A stretch of 63,254 nt of DNA, filler included, from Platydemus manokwari (taxonomy: Eukaryota): the NCBI GenBank assembly GCA_037951405.1. It is 6 parts of 6 records of this genome, joined end to end, with 100 filler letters (N's around TTAATTAATTAA, not from the genome) between each part and the next. Parts side by side here need not be neighbours in the genome. Positions count along the whole stretch, not along the records: positions 24,131 to 33,446 come from JBBMOY011266318.1; positions 33,547 to 43,318 come from JBBMOY011206765.1; 4 more parts are not named here. One strand, given 5' to 3'. Shown in pieces: positions 25,804 through 38,659 of the stretch. The position numbers and the translations under genes were made by a program. The notes beneath the pieces were generated by a model that saw only the letters and a list, made by a program, of their open reading frames with translations, had not been told where the DNA came from and ran no database searches. Every line of letters starts with the position of its first letter. Position 1 is the stretch's first letter.

Positions 25804-26582
25804 ATAAGTTGTTGCATAAATTCCCGACGTTATATGGAACTATTTGTTCTACAAAGACTTTTTGATGTTTAGCAAAGTGTTATAAACCATTAGGAATCCC
25901 GTACTATGCTCTATAAGATTACAGTAATCGTTTCTGCCTATATTATTTTTTTTGTCCTTTTACAGAACTGTCAAATGGATTGTCAAGTCGACAAAAAATT
26001 GCTCTTTCGGCACCTTATTTTCGCCTTTAATCGAGGTCAAAAAGCGAATGAAGCTATCAAAGATATTTGTGCCATGTATGAAGAGGTCACTATAGCTGAG
26101 AGAACCGTTTGGGATTGGTTTGCCAGAACCAACTCGAGGATCTTTTGAAGGAAGATGGCCACCAGACATGCAGAGCATTGGGCGAAAAGATGAATTGTGA
26201 TTTTGCGACAATTTCACTTCACCTTCAGTCAACGGGTTTCACTCTAGAGAGTTTGGGTTCCGCAGAAACAGAAGGATAAGCGGTTTTCCATTGCTGCTCA
26301 AGGTCTCGCTCGATACCAAGGAACCAATGGCCACAGCCAACGTTTCTTACACACAGTCGTCACTAATGTCTCTATGTGAATATGAAGCACAGGAAAGAGT
26401 GGGTGAGATCCATAGTTCAAGATCAACAACTTCTTCGATACTCGGACTAGGGATTTTCTGGCGAAATGGAATCAATGAACTGATGGAAAGATGGGAACAA
26501 TGAAGGAGAGTACATAATTGAGTGTTGTTAAGATTCTTTGAAAATAAATGTTTAGGCAGGAACTTATGAAAAAACCCAATAT
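25804..26582 (+). mobile_element. Internally deleted mariner element
   Basis: TIRs GTTGTTGCATAAATTCC / GGAACTTATGAAAAAAC; N-terminal HTH FRHLIFAFNRGQKANEAIKDICAMY...AERTVWDWFAR; C-terminal FWRNGINELMERWE. Confidence 0.85.
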
Positions 26583-27154
26583 AATAGAGAATTTATTGAT
26601 ATTTCGCTATAGAGATCATTATTCTAGATAGGATACCTCACAACCTACAACCCTTAATTCACTTTCATCACTAATTATAATCCAAGGTAGTTCATCTAAC
26701 ATCACTAATAACTAATATCTGCTTTCTCTGTGTGTTGTAAAGGCTTATTGTCGATTTAAACACTGTATATATTGTAAATGACAAGAACAATTCGCTATAT
26801 TATTAAAAATATGCGACTCAATGGCTTTAATAAAATTTTGAAGCTTATGTGATAAATCCCTATCTATCGCCTTAACTAATGCAAAAATGCTTCAAACAAC
26901 TGAATATCGCTGATAAAGTGGGGATTTTATCTCCTGTCTCGAATAAAAATGGCACAATTATAATTTATAAAATTTTAAATAGATATTGATGATAATCATA
27001 ATCGTCTTCATATTATTGATAAACAAATCGATAAAAAACCTCTTAAAATGAAGAAAAACTTTATTAATATTAATAATAATTGAAAAAATATATATTTTCT
27101 AACTTTATCAAATATTATTTTACATTGAAATCAAATGAAAACGAAATTTATTAC

Positions 27155-27880
27155 CTGTTGTTCAAGTTGGGGCAATTCGAGAGCATTTATCAACTCAACA
27201 GGATCTACCGTTCTTCAAATCATGGAAAAAATAATCCATAAGAAAAGATAAATAAAAGTCCCAATTAAAATACTTGTGAACAGATAATTGCATTTGAGCG
27301 AAAATAGTTTGCAAATAACTGATTATTTCATCGGGGATATCTGTGAAATTTATTACACATATACACCATTACATCAATTACCTTCGACTGGAAATCTAAA
27401 AATGGCTTCTTTCAATTCGATGATGTTAAAATAAACTTGAAGCAATGAATTGAAATAGCAAGTATTTCCATAATTTTTCAAACCTGCTGCGAAATTCTAA
27501 TAGAAATTATTACATAAATAAATGAGTCAAATTATTATCAACTGTATCAGAATTCAAAGGAAATTTATCATCGATATCAGTCAATCGACTTGTTTCCAAA
27601 GACCATTTAGATTCTCCCAATTTATTGATACAATATAAATTATCATTACAATTCCGTCTGGTTACAAAATATTTGATTCATTTATTTTTTTCATAAAGTA
27701 TTTTTACTTGCAACTGTTAATTTTGCACGGTTTCTTATCTAAATTATAGATAGTCAAAAACTGTTTTGACATAAATTCATCCCAATCAATATTTTCGAAA
27801 TTCCATTTCGATTTACGTTTTGTTTTCCTAAATTATAAAATTTGAAATTTGGTAATAAATTTATTTTCAAAATCCTACAT
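27155..27880 (-). CDS. USP48: USP48-like ubiquitin C-terminal hydrolase, 5' exons only
   Basis: Spliced frame MKTKRKSKWNF...IYNLDKKPCKINSCKRNCNDNLYCINKLGESKW...AAGLKNYGNTCYFNSLLQVYF...ISYLQTIFAQMQLSVHKTVDPVELINALELPQLEQQ. Has a Cys box and USP48-type N-terminal C..RNC..N..C motif; introns are ~41-60 nt; downstream exons not found. Confidence 0.8.
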
Positions 27881-28449
27881 TTTATTTTAAGAAATTTAAA
27901 TTTGATATTATTTAAACAAGTGGATTTTTTTTATTAACGAAAAAACGTTAAAAAAATTTTTAAATATTAAAAATATATAACAGAATCTTTAAAATATTTA
28001 TGATATTATTTTTTTAAAATTTACTTTAAAAAATTAACAATGAATATCAGTTACTACAATTACAATCCATATTCCATATGTCTTGAATTTTAATAATACG
28101 GAAGCTTTCCCATAAATGGGTTGATAATAAGCATCAACTAGAATTTTAGATGAGGAAAATTATTGTTTCTCTGATAAATTAGTTGTGTGTCGTCAATCAT
28201 AAAAGCTGAGCAAGTAGCTCATTCCTTTTTCTAAATAAAAATACACACATAGTGAGATAAGTCAGTTCCATTATTACACACTCTGTTTGGTAGAAATACA
28301 TATATTCATACGCAGTCGAATTACGCGAGTTGTACTTAGTTTATCAGTTATTTGATTGTTTTAAACGATTCCAATATCTAGAAAGCAAGCAAATTAATAT
28401 TCTTGAAGAAATATTGATTTCAATTCCTCCATTATAGAACAGAAGTACT
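27881..28449. promoter_or_regulatory. Probable bidirectional promoter region (USP48-like / Rab3)
   Basis: The inferred start codons diverge about 570 bp apart; positional inference only. Confidence 0.45.
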
Positions 28450-28659
28450 ATGGGATCTACTAAAGACTCAAGTTCAGATCAAAATTTTGATTACATGTTC
28501 AAAATTTTAATCATTGGAAATTCATCAGTTGGAAAGACATCATTTTTATTTCGATATGCTGATGACAGCTTCACATCTGCTTTTGTTTCAACTGTTGGTA
28601 TTGATTTCAAAGTTAAGACAGTATACAAAGATGATAAAAGAATAAAATTACAGATATGG
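28450..28659 (+). CDS. Rab3: Rab3 GTPase, first coding exon
   Basis: [49 protein letters not shown]...KRIKLQIW followed by a GTAAGT donor; the DTAGQE exon was not found in the window. Confidence 0.92.
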
Positions 28660-31600
28660 GTAAGTTGTTTATTTTGTTTAAGTAAAAAAGTTTTAATTTA
28701 TTTTTAATGAATGAAAATATTTTTAATATTTTTAATTATTTACGGAAAAAAACAAATTTTTTAACTATTAATTAGAATTTAGTTATAATAATAATTATTA
28801 TTGATACTTAGTTTCTTAAAGAATTATTAATTTTATTCTTAAATTTTTTTTAATTTAATTATTTAATCATTAAAACAAATACTTGTAGAAATAAATAAAA
28901 ATCATTCTATAAATTTTTATGGATACCATAAATGGAATAAGCATGAAAACTTAAACAATCAATTATAGCTTAAATGTTTAATTTTTGTTTAAATGAGACA
29001 GACAGAATGTTTAATTTTCAAAAATCGAATAAATTTATCATAGCATTATTATTTAAATTTTTATAAAATTATTTTTGTTTATAAAATGTTTTTTAAAATA
29101 ATAATTATTAACTCAATTATATGAAAATGTTCTCCCCGATATTTTAGATTGGATCGAATTTTTCACGAATTAAAACAATTTTTTTTATTGTTAACAAAAC
29201 CAAATTTAATCGTTTTGTCAGAGAGATTAAAAATCGGTCGTGCTGGGATTAAATTTGAAAAAATAACACAATTGAATCCGATTATTTCTAATCGATTCCT
29301 TAATCGGAATTAATAAATCAATTTAAGAGCCATTTTTCACAGATAATAACTAGTTGATAATTTTATTATTATCACAAGTTTATTGTAATGAAATCGATAG
29401 TGCAATTTAATATATAATAAAACAAAAAAAAATAATTATAATTAATATTTTCGTAGTTATATATAATCGTCACAGATATATTGGCATAAATTTAAATAGT
29501 GGCTCGAATCAATTCGAATTTTATGGCTCAAGCACAAAAAAGTTACAAGATCCATAATGAAATGTATTTGCCTGCCATTCATGAATATGTTTAACAGAAT
29601 GTCGTTTATTTCCCTTTAATTTATATTAAACGTCGACAAGGAAAAAGAACATGAAAATATTAATAATAAAATGTTGATATTTACGTCCTTTCACATTTTC
29701 TGTCCCAAAAGATAAAAATAGCATTGTTATATCAGGGCAATGTTTTATTTACAGTTTTCAGACAACTACAAATCCAATGTGTTAGCGATTAAATGTGAAA
29801 CTTAATTATCGTTTTTTGTTTTCATATTTTGTGTTTTCCTTTGATGTATATCACCCGTCACACATCAATAGATCGATAAAGGAAATTAATTTTAATAAAA
29901 TACATTATCGATTTAACTTCATATCCAAACCAATCTCTCTCTAGATATTGTAAAATCATGGTATGGAATATTAACGTTCTTTATAGAACATCCGTTGGAC
30001 TACTTATTCTTTGTGGAGAAGTAATTGAGTAACAAGTTTTTGTGTTCGATAAAGTAAACATGGTTTGCAAAAGTTAGGCACGTTTATTGATTGAACCATT
30101 GATAATATAAACAAACATGCTATTGGTCAACCGATTTCGTAATCTTGTGTGATCTACTAATTATTAGACAGTAACCACTTTCTCTGAATTCATTTTCATT
30201 AGATTTTGATTATCTTTCACCATATCCCTCACAAACATACCTATACATCGGATTTACAATCATTGGCATCATTACATAAGATCTCGTTTCAACTATTCAA
30301 AAATTCGCTAAATCGGTTTTTACAAACGCCTTATTTTAATGAGATATGCGACAATAATTTCATAAACTAATACTTTCAATTGTTTTTGGAATCATCTTAT
30401 AGTTATAATTATCAGTATCGCCAAGTTTAACTTATTGATATCACTCGATTTTTGATGTTCCAACTATACACACGGATTCTATGATTCTGAGTTTAAAAAG
30501 TGTGCCAATTCTAAATGGTTTATCGTTTGTTAAGGTTTTTATTTGCCACAATACCAATATTGATATTGGAGAAAATAACAGCAAATATTTATTTAAGACC
30601 TATCGGTGATTACGTAATCCAGATAAAGATAAAAAATGAAATAATCATTACTTAAATAATCATTGAATTTCGTTTGGAGAATGATACGATGTAATTAAGG
30701 AGTAAAATAAAGAGTGAGCGAAAATTATAAAATCATATGTCATACCAAAGTAGAGTGGTGGCACAAAAGACGATTCGAATTCATTGTCGAGTTTCATTTA
30801 TTAAACGAATATAAAAAATTAAAAATCATATTTATTGTTGTAAAAATAACAGTTTTAAAATAATCTTAAAATTTAAAAGGAGTTTTAATTTTTTTGTAAT
30901 TACTGAGATTCTTAATTAAGTTTATTATTTATTTAAAGTTATACTTTAATAATATTATGGATATCCACCTAATACGCTTATACGACATTGTTTCCTCGAG
31001 TTATTTTGATTATGATATTTGATTAAGTATAATATTGTTGTTAAAAATAAATTTGTAAAAAATAATCATAAAATTGTAAATAAATAATTTTACAAAAGTT
31101 CATATCAAATAAAATAATGAATAGAATATTCTGGAATATTTTGTTTAAATAAATTATTATAAGAAAGGTCAACCCATGGCAACAGTTGTCTGGTTTTGTG
31201 ATCGATAAATAGTTAACTATCTTTCTCATTCTTTTGGATGCTGAACCCTCTTTGTGATTTGATATTGATTATCGGACTGACAATTATTTTGTTTATTGAC
31301 GTTATCGATCGAATAAACGATATTAAATTTCAATATTTATCAATTCCAAAAGCTGTATATTATTGACAATAATTCGTAATCGATATCTTTTAATTTTAAA
31401 AATTTATCGATCGATAAACATTTGAAAATCGATCATATGATTGCACAGATGATAAAATATTTTTCCTTTTCGATATTTCCTAAAATTTATCCGAAATACG
31501 CTATTGGTTAAAATCGTCATTAATGATACCAATGAGACATTTAGTTGGCATGGCAACCATTTATTCGAGTTCGTTTGTTTTAATATTATTATTGGAAACA

Positions 31601-32164
31601 TTTGCTTTTGTTTTCACTTATTAGAAATTCGTTGAACAATTCACTTCTCAATTATTGTAGAAAACTTTTCAAGAATCTCATTAATGACTCTGCCATCTGT
31701 TTGATGGAGATATCAGTTGAATATTTTCATTAAAATTTATCAATAATATATAAAACATCGTTTTTATATTTTAGATGAAAGATATTTCCTTTAAAACTTC
31801 ATCTTTAGTCGATTGTACGCAATATTTCCAATCGAATAGAGAATTTTAATTAATTTATCAATATTTATTGGTATTGATTTTTTGCGATGAATTTATTGAC
31901 TTTAAATTAATGGAACGCATTTATTGATGATGGTTTTAAAATTATATCGATCGGTTTAGGCTATTTTCTTGTACATATTTATGATCAATGAGATATCATC
32001 TTTCGAAATAAGATATCGCGCATGTTCCCGCTTAATAAGCACGAACAATTTCTAAAAATTGTTTTCCAGTTGAAAATACAAGGCGCTTTATCTGAATTTA
32101 GATGTGATTATAAATGTTAATATTTATATCCTGTATTTTTACCACTATTCTAGCTCTGCGTTGT

Positions 32165-32610
32165 TAGCTATTGTAATCCACTACTATGTTATAAATCACG
32201 CATTGAAAACGAACTGAATAGTCTCGACATCACATTATATATTTTAATACAAATATATAAACTAATTAATATAATTTTATATATAATCTGAATTAAATTT
32301 TTAAAATTCTCTAACCCCCGCTTTCTTTAAAATCTTTGATTTTATTTGCGTGTTTAGTCGCCTTTCTATTGAACACTCTAAATATCTATCTGTATAAAAT
32401 CTCTAATTCTTTATATCTTCTGTATACCTCCTTTATATATTTATAACTTCTCTAAATCATCCATTTATATTCTCTTTATATTTTCTATGTCTTCATCCTT
32501 CTCTTCCAATATTTATCAGTCATTGATCTTCGCAAATTCGAATCCAAAATGCGTAGTCGCCATATTAGCCGCTACTATTTGATAACGCACGCATTGAAAA
32601 CGAACTGAAA
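32165..32610 (+). repeat. ~390-bp unit bounded by a direct repeat (CTACTAT...CACGCATTGAAAACGAACTGAA), copy 1
   Basis: Motif at 32197 and 32588; the whole unit aligns by eye to 35570-36050. Confidence 0.75.
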
Positions 32611-34149
32611 AGCCATCTAAATTTAATTTATTTAAAAAAATATCGCAGTTATATCGATTGAAAATTCGAATTTTTATTTATATTGAATATTTATTTATAT
32701 TGATCTCGTAATAATAATGATTCGATAAATGAGCACCTTTTAAAATCCCGACTAATAGCTAGTTTGTTGCGAAATAAGTTATTTATAATAAATAAATTTA
32801 TTAATTAAAATTAATAATAAATTAATTAAAAAACGCGAATCAGCAATAATTAATAATAATATATTAATAATCCAAACAATAATTTATACATAAAAATATA
32901 ATGATTGTAATAAAGATAAGAAAATATTAATAACAATAAATGTTACTATTAATAGCAATATTAATGATTTTAAATAATAATAATGAAAATAATAGCGATA
33001 TCAAATTATTATAATTAGATTTTTTAATGGTTTGAATTCTTAATCTATCGGTTATTTTGAAATCTTGTCTCTGTAGTGCCGAATAACTTTTCCAATGAAT
33101 AAGATTTTTTAATTGATCTGACTCAACGTTTAATATTCCCTGGCTCAAGTGTCAACATTGTTGTATGCTCTGTTTAAGTGTATTATATATGACCAAATAA
33201 TAATAATAATAATAATAACAAGCAGGTCACAATCAATACAATAAACCAAACAAATTTGTATTAAAATAAGTCTTGTAACAAACACAATAATAATAATAAT
33301 AATTATTATTATATTGGGTCTATAACTTAAAAACCGGAATTTTTTTAGAACAATTGAGTGTTTATTAATGAAAATCTTGTACAATTCTGTTATCCAAAGT
33401 AATGTCCATCGGAAGTTACAACATTTCCCCATCTTTCGGGCAATTTNNNNNNNNNNNNNNNNNNNNNNNNNNNNNNNNNNNNNNNNNNNNTTAATTAATT
33501 AANNNNNNNNNNNNNNNNNNNNNNNNNNNNNNNNNNNNNNNNNNNNCAACGAAACATACAAACTAAAAATGAGGTGAGGGATATCCCACCGCCTCGAAAC
33601 GAAAATTTTTATGTTGAAATAAACTTTAGCATTTTTTATATGGCAATCAACCAATCACAGTTGATTTGGATGAAAAGCGACAATTGGAAAAAGGAACATA
33701 GCTACACAACAACAAATACATAAGGATAGACAAATCTCAGACATGGAAAAACCAATAAGCTAAAAAGAAACATGAGACAAAAGTTACGCACAGATCTGGT
33801 GTATAAATACCGATGTAAAGATGCCCAACTGCCAGTTGAAAGCAGAATTATGGTTCCGTTTTTGAGATATTGTAATTGAGTTTTGGAATCATATCCAGTG
33901 GTACAGGTGCAGGTTGAAAACCGAATTTTGATTGTATTTTTATGCTACTTTGTGAGTCGTGCTGATTAGCACGTGAGTTAGAAATAAAGCTTACAGTCTT
34001 CGCTTTTTGGAGTCAGAAATTATGAAGAAATTATAAATAATTATAATGAAATAGGAAATTTAGTAGTCCAGCAATTCCAAAGAACATGCACCAATAAATA
34101 GAGTTGATAATTTGTAAGACCACCCTGTTGCTGATATTAAAATGCTACA

Positions 34150-34385
34150 AGAATGAAAATTCCCAACCCAAAATAAAAATTAGAAAGATTTATTATTGAA
34201 GGTATTATGGAAGGTAAAATTGCAATTGGTAAGTGGTTAAATAGTGTTAGAAAAGCTTAAGATTTAACGATTAGAAAAATATTTTTAAAGCCAGGTGAAA
34301 AAGAAGAAATAAACATGTTAAATCAGAAGATGAAGAATCATTAGCTAAACAATTACATTATGAATATAAAAAAAGAAATTTATAA
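34150..34385 (+). mobile_element. Possible Maverick/Polinton fragment (integrase N-terminus)
   Basis: SLAKQLHYEYKKR resembles the LA.ELH.P.RK start of Maverick integrases; short and decayed. Confidence 0.3.
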
Positions 34386-35569
34386 AATGGAAATTATTTT
34401 CGAAAGATAGGACTCATATTGTTATACTCAATTTTGCAAACAGGGACTGACGAATTATGATTAAAAAAACTCAATAAACACAATTGAAATTTGGGAAATA
34501 AAATGTCAAATTAAAATGTAACATACAAAAATACATGCTTTAAGTTAAAATTATTACTCGACGACGACCTATTGGCAACTGCAAGTCGATTAATTTTGAT
34601 TATATTATTTGTTTCGAGTAGTCAGACGTAAATCGATTAAATTTGAATCTGTTGTTGTAACTACTAGTTGTAATTGTTTATGATTGGTTATTTTATGAAA
34701 ATGAACGTACTAAGTAGGACGATTTTCTAGTAAATATAATTTGAGACCTTTACTTTGTTAGAATAAACCCAATACTTATAATAGAAATAAATAATTGGTT
34801 CTTCGAAATTTGAAATGATTCAAATGTTATTTCGCGTGACTATTCATAAATAAAAATAAAGAAATAATCTTAACTACTAATGCTAAACTTCGTTTCAAAT
34901 TTAGAATTTAGATTATTGGATAAAATATATTTTAAAACAAATAAAAATTTCATCAATGAAACGTTTTATTTCATATAATATAAAGAAAACCAAACATAAT
35001 AAGAAAATCGGTAACGCGAGAAGAATCAGGTAAAATATTAACAGAATTTAAAAATATTTAAATAGATTTAACTTTACTGACACAACAGCATCGATGGTGT
35101 TTTGCATATTCTTTAATTTACGCATCCTATGTCTAGCGACTAAGTTGAATTCTTGTAATGTGAACGATTTCTTATATTCTCTACGAATTTTGTATTGAAT
35201 GAAGACTGTGATGGCGATACTTGAAATGATTAAGTAAAGAATTGGGAATAAATATAATTTATTTGGATAGATCGCCATAGTATTTCTCAATCGAAATTGG
35301 CAATATGAATCTAGAATAATATCAAAATCTATATAAAATAATGAAGCAAATAAATAAAATAAATAATATTACTTACTAAGCTCTGAGTACCTATTGAGAT
35401 GTCATTTTAATCATTCAAAATAATGTATGAAAATCAGCTGATTTCTCATGATTTATAAATATTTGTTATATCTCTTTTATTATTTCAATTGAGTCTATAG
35501 CCTAATAAATTGCTTAGAATTAGCAGAAATTAGGATATTAAAAGAACAAAAGATAATGAGTTCAAGCCA

Positions 35570-36050
35570 ATACTATCTTATAATACACGCATCGAAAACA
35601 AACTGAAAAATCAAGACATCAAATTATGCATTTAGACAAAATTTTATAAACAAATTAATATAATTTTATATAAAAGCAAATCTTTAAAAATTTAAATCAA
35701 TTTAAAAATCTCACATCCCCATTCTTTAAAATGTTTGATTTTCTTTGCATTATTAATTGACATTGCATGGAATACTCTACATATTTATCTACATAAAAAA
35801 CCACTAATTCTTCTATCTTTTTATATCTTCTCTACATCTCCATTATATATACTCTACAAATCATCAACATCTTCCCCTTTCTTTTCCCTAATTTTCAGTC
35901 ATTGATATTCTCAGAATCGAATCCAGATCCGTGGTTGCCATGTAAGCTGCTACTATTTTATATAAAGCACGCATTACAAACAAACTGAAATGTCACGATT
36001 CCAAATTATATATTCGAATACAATTATTTAAACAAGTTAATATAATTTTA
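35570..36050 (+). repeat. ~380-bp unit bounded by the same direct repeat, copy 2
   Basis: Motif variants at 35586 and 35968; shares internal blocks TTCTTTAAAAT.TTTGATTTT and CAGTCATTGAT...TCGAATCCA with copy 1. Confidence 0.75.
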
Positions 36051-36303
36051 AATAAAAAATCAAATTTTATACAAAATTAAATCTTCAAAAAATTAATTTA
36101 ATTTAAAATTATCACAATGAGAAATGTTAGATATCTAGCAAAATACACAGTCGAAACTGAGACACTTACAACTATAATAATGATAAACAATTAATTCATA
36201 CATTTTTCTTTTAAAATAAATTTTTTGATAGAATTTTAGAAAAATATATAGAACAAATCATCAAATTCAATATTATCTTATAAATTAATTATAATCAAAT
36301 TAG

Positions 36304-36930
36304 GTCACACGCACCCTTTGCCAACTGAATTCTTCTCAAACTTTCAAAAACTCAAAATGAAATTGTAGGAAAAAAACTATACAAATCAATCGATTGAAAA
36401 ACTCAAAATAATGGCAGCCGAGATAAAAAACAACGCAATCGATTTGCCAGATATTCGATTGAAAGCATGTCAATATATCTGGCAAATCGATAAATGGGCT
36501 GATAAAGTCAGAGAGGCACAAGAGAGTAAAGACAGATTTTCATCCTTTAGAAGCACTGCTTTTTTAACGAATCCAGGTGGTTACACATTTCAACTCGGTG
36601 CAGTTATTTATGAACAGTTTAACCAATTCAATTTTGGTTTTTGTTTCCGCATTTTGAAAGGCGAATTTGATGACTTTCTTGAATGGCCATTCGATCGAGA
36701 TGTCGAGTGTGCTTTGATAAATCAGAAAACTGGAATGGCTTACGAAATATGCACGATAAAATGTTCCGAATATCTCGACGATAAAGGATTAAAGAAGCCA
36801 ATAAGTGATGAAATCATGCTATTTTGTGTCAAAAGTATTCCACTGGCGCCAAATATCAGATAATCCAGAATTGATCCTGAATGACCAATTATTTATCAAA
36901 TACTTTAGCTCCGCTAAGCTTAAAAAATGA
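36304..36930 (+). pseudogene. TRAF-type MATH domain gene, apparently disrupted
   Basis: YIWQIDKW...FRSTAFLTNPGGYTFQL...FRILKGEFDDFLEWPF...LINQ is a TRAF MATH signature. There is an upstream in-frame TAG at 36366-36368, and the terminal LILNDQLFIKY strand is in a shifted frame after ~36855. Confidence 0.75.
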
Positions 36931-38659
36931 TCTGTGATCAATCATAATACAATTGATTGTCTTTATGCAGAATCAAATCGACAAATCAATACCGAATTTT
37001 ATTGATTATTATCTGGTTTCCGTGATTATTTAAAATAATGTTATCTGTTTTTCAAATTTTTAAATCAATGAAAATCGAAAAATTATAATTTTATATTGGT
37101 CGATACATTAAATCAATAATCTTAATAATATCAATTAAACCCATCATTATTGGAGAAACCACTGGGAAGAACTTTATCACTTCGAAAAGAGTAAATATAT
37201 TAAAATCTGCAATCGTTTGTTTTATGCTCTACCAGTTTGTAGACCATTGCCAGTAAGCTTATGTTGGATATTGGGTTCATCAAGTATCTCAACAAGTGAG
37301 TTCGATGAGATACTCTGATGCAAACGTGCTGTGATCTGAATTGCTTGTATGACAAATCGGTGGAGGGTAAAACGGTTTCCCTACTCCGATATGTAAATTG
37401 AAAGAGAATTGATTTTAGTCTCCCCGACAAAATCGGCTTGACTTAGAGAGTAGTATAAATTAATTAGTATTATGATTAATATGTTATCCTCATACGTATT
37501 TATGTGTTACAATGGATATCCGACAGTTAGCGTTAATTAATTGATCTTCTCTAGCTTTGATAGTCAACAACTCATATGGAGGTAAGTAGAACGGCGTAGA
37601 TAAAAATTTTATATTGCTTTAAATCCTATTAATTCATCTTCTTTTGTCTCACTGATTTTATTAATATCTTCATCAGTCTGGATTGATTTATTAATACACT
37701 ACAATATACCGATAAGTGATAAATGATAATGAAATCTAGTGGAGAACCATCCTATCAATATAAGCAACCAAAATAATTATAAACAATAAGTAAAAAAATT
37801 TAAATGACATAGAAACAAATCAATTAAAAAAGTATCCATAAAATTTTATAAATTAGTTTTATCAAATAAAAATTAAATTTTTTTAATCGGCTTCAATATC
37901 ATAAGGGAAACAGATAAGAGGTTGTTGTCGCTTAAACACTTGGTTGGTATAATAGAAATGATTTTTAAATATATACGATAACAAAATAAAATAGAATAAA
38001 TAAAGCAAAAATATAACAGAAACAAAATGTATTAATCGACAACAATTAATAATCTAATCACAATAATTTTATAACACTACAAGACGATATTCGTTATTGT
38101 GGAAGCAGAATAGTAATCAAGAAACAGTGAAGGGCCTATCACTAAGGTGCTCGGGTAAGCCTCTCAAGAAAAAATGACAGTTGGGAGCTTGAAGTTGAAC
38201 TTGTAGATTTTAACGGGCATACAAGCGTAAGACTAGCCGTGGGTGTAGATTTAATTAAACAAACAATAAATTTACTCATGGGATGCATAAAAGCTTCGTA
38301 AATAAATTTCTTCAGAACTCAATGAGCATTAACTCCTTCAAAATTGGCATACATTAAATGGTTTGTAATAATGGGCTTCTTTAGAGCGCTGAAATCGTCA
38401 TACAGTGAAATTTCTTGTCAAAAATGTGCATTGAAATTGTGCAATTGCTGTCGGTTGCTCTTTGCTTTTATAGCTGCTTAACTGCTTTGTGTGCAATGTT
38501 AGCTATTTCGTCCACATCGGTTACTATTTTTAGCAACACTTACATGTCAGTGTTAAAAATAGTGACAATCCACAAACTTAGTTGATAATGAACCTAAATT
38601 GGGAAGTAGTGGTATTATGATGGTTCTAAGTCAAGTTCACAATAAATTCGGGTTCAATA

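Noticed and set aside
33547-34030. LTR-like stretch with TATAAATA and AATAAA
   Set aside because: Truncated by a gap; no second copy, PBS or TSD to confirm it.
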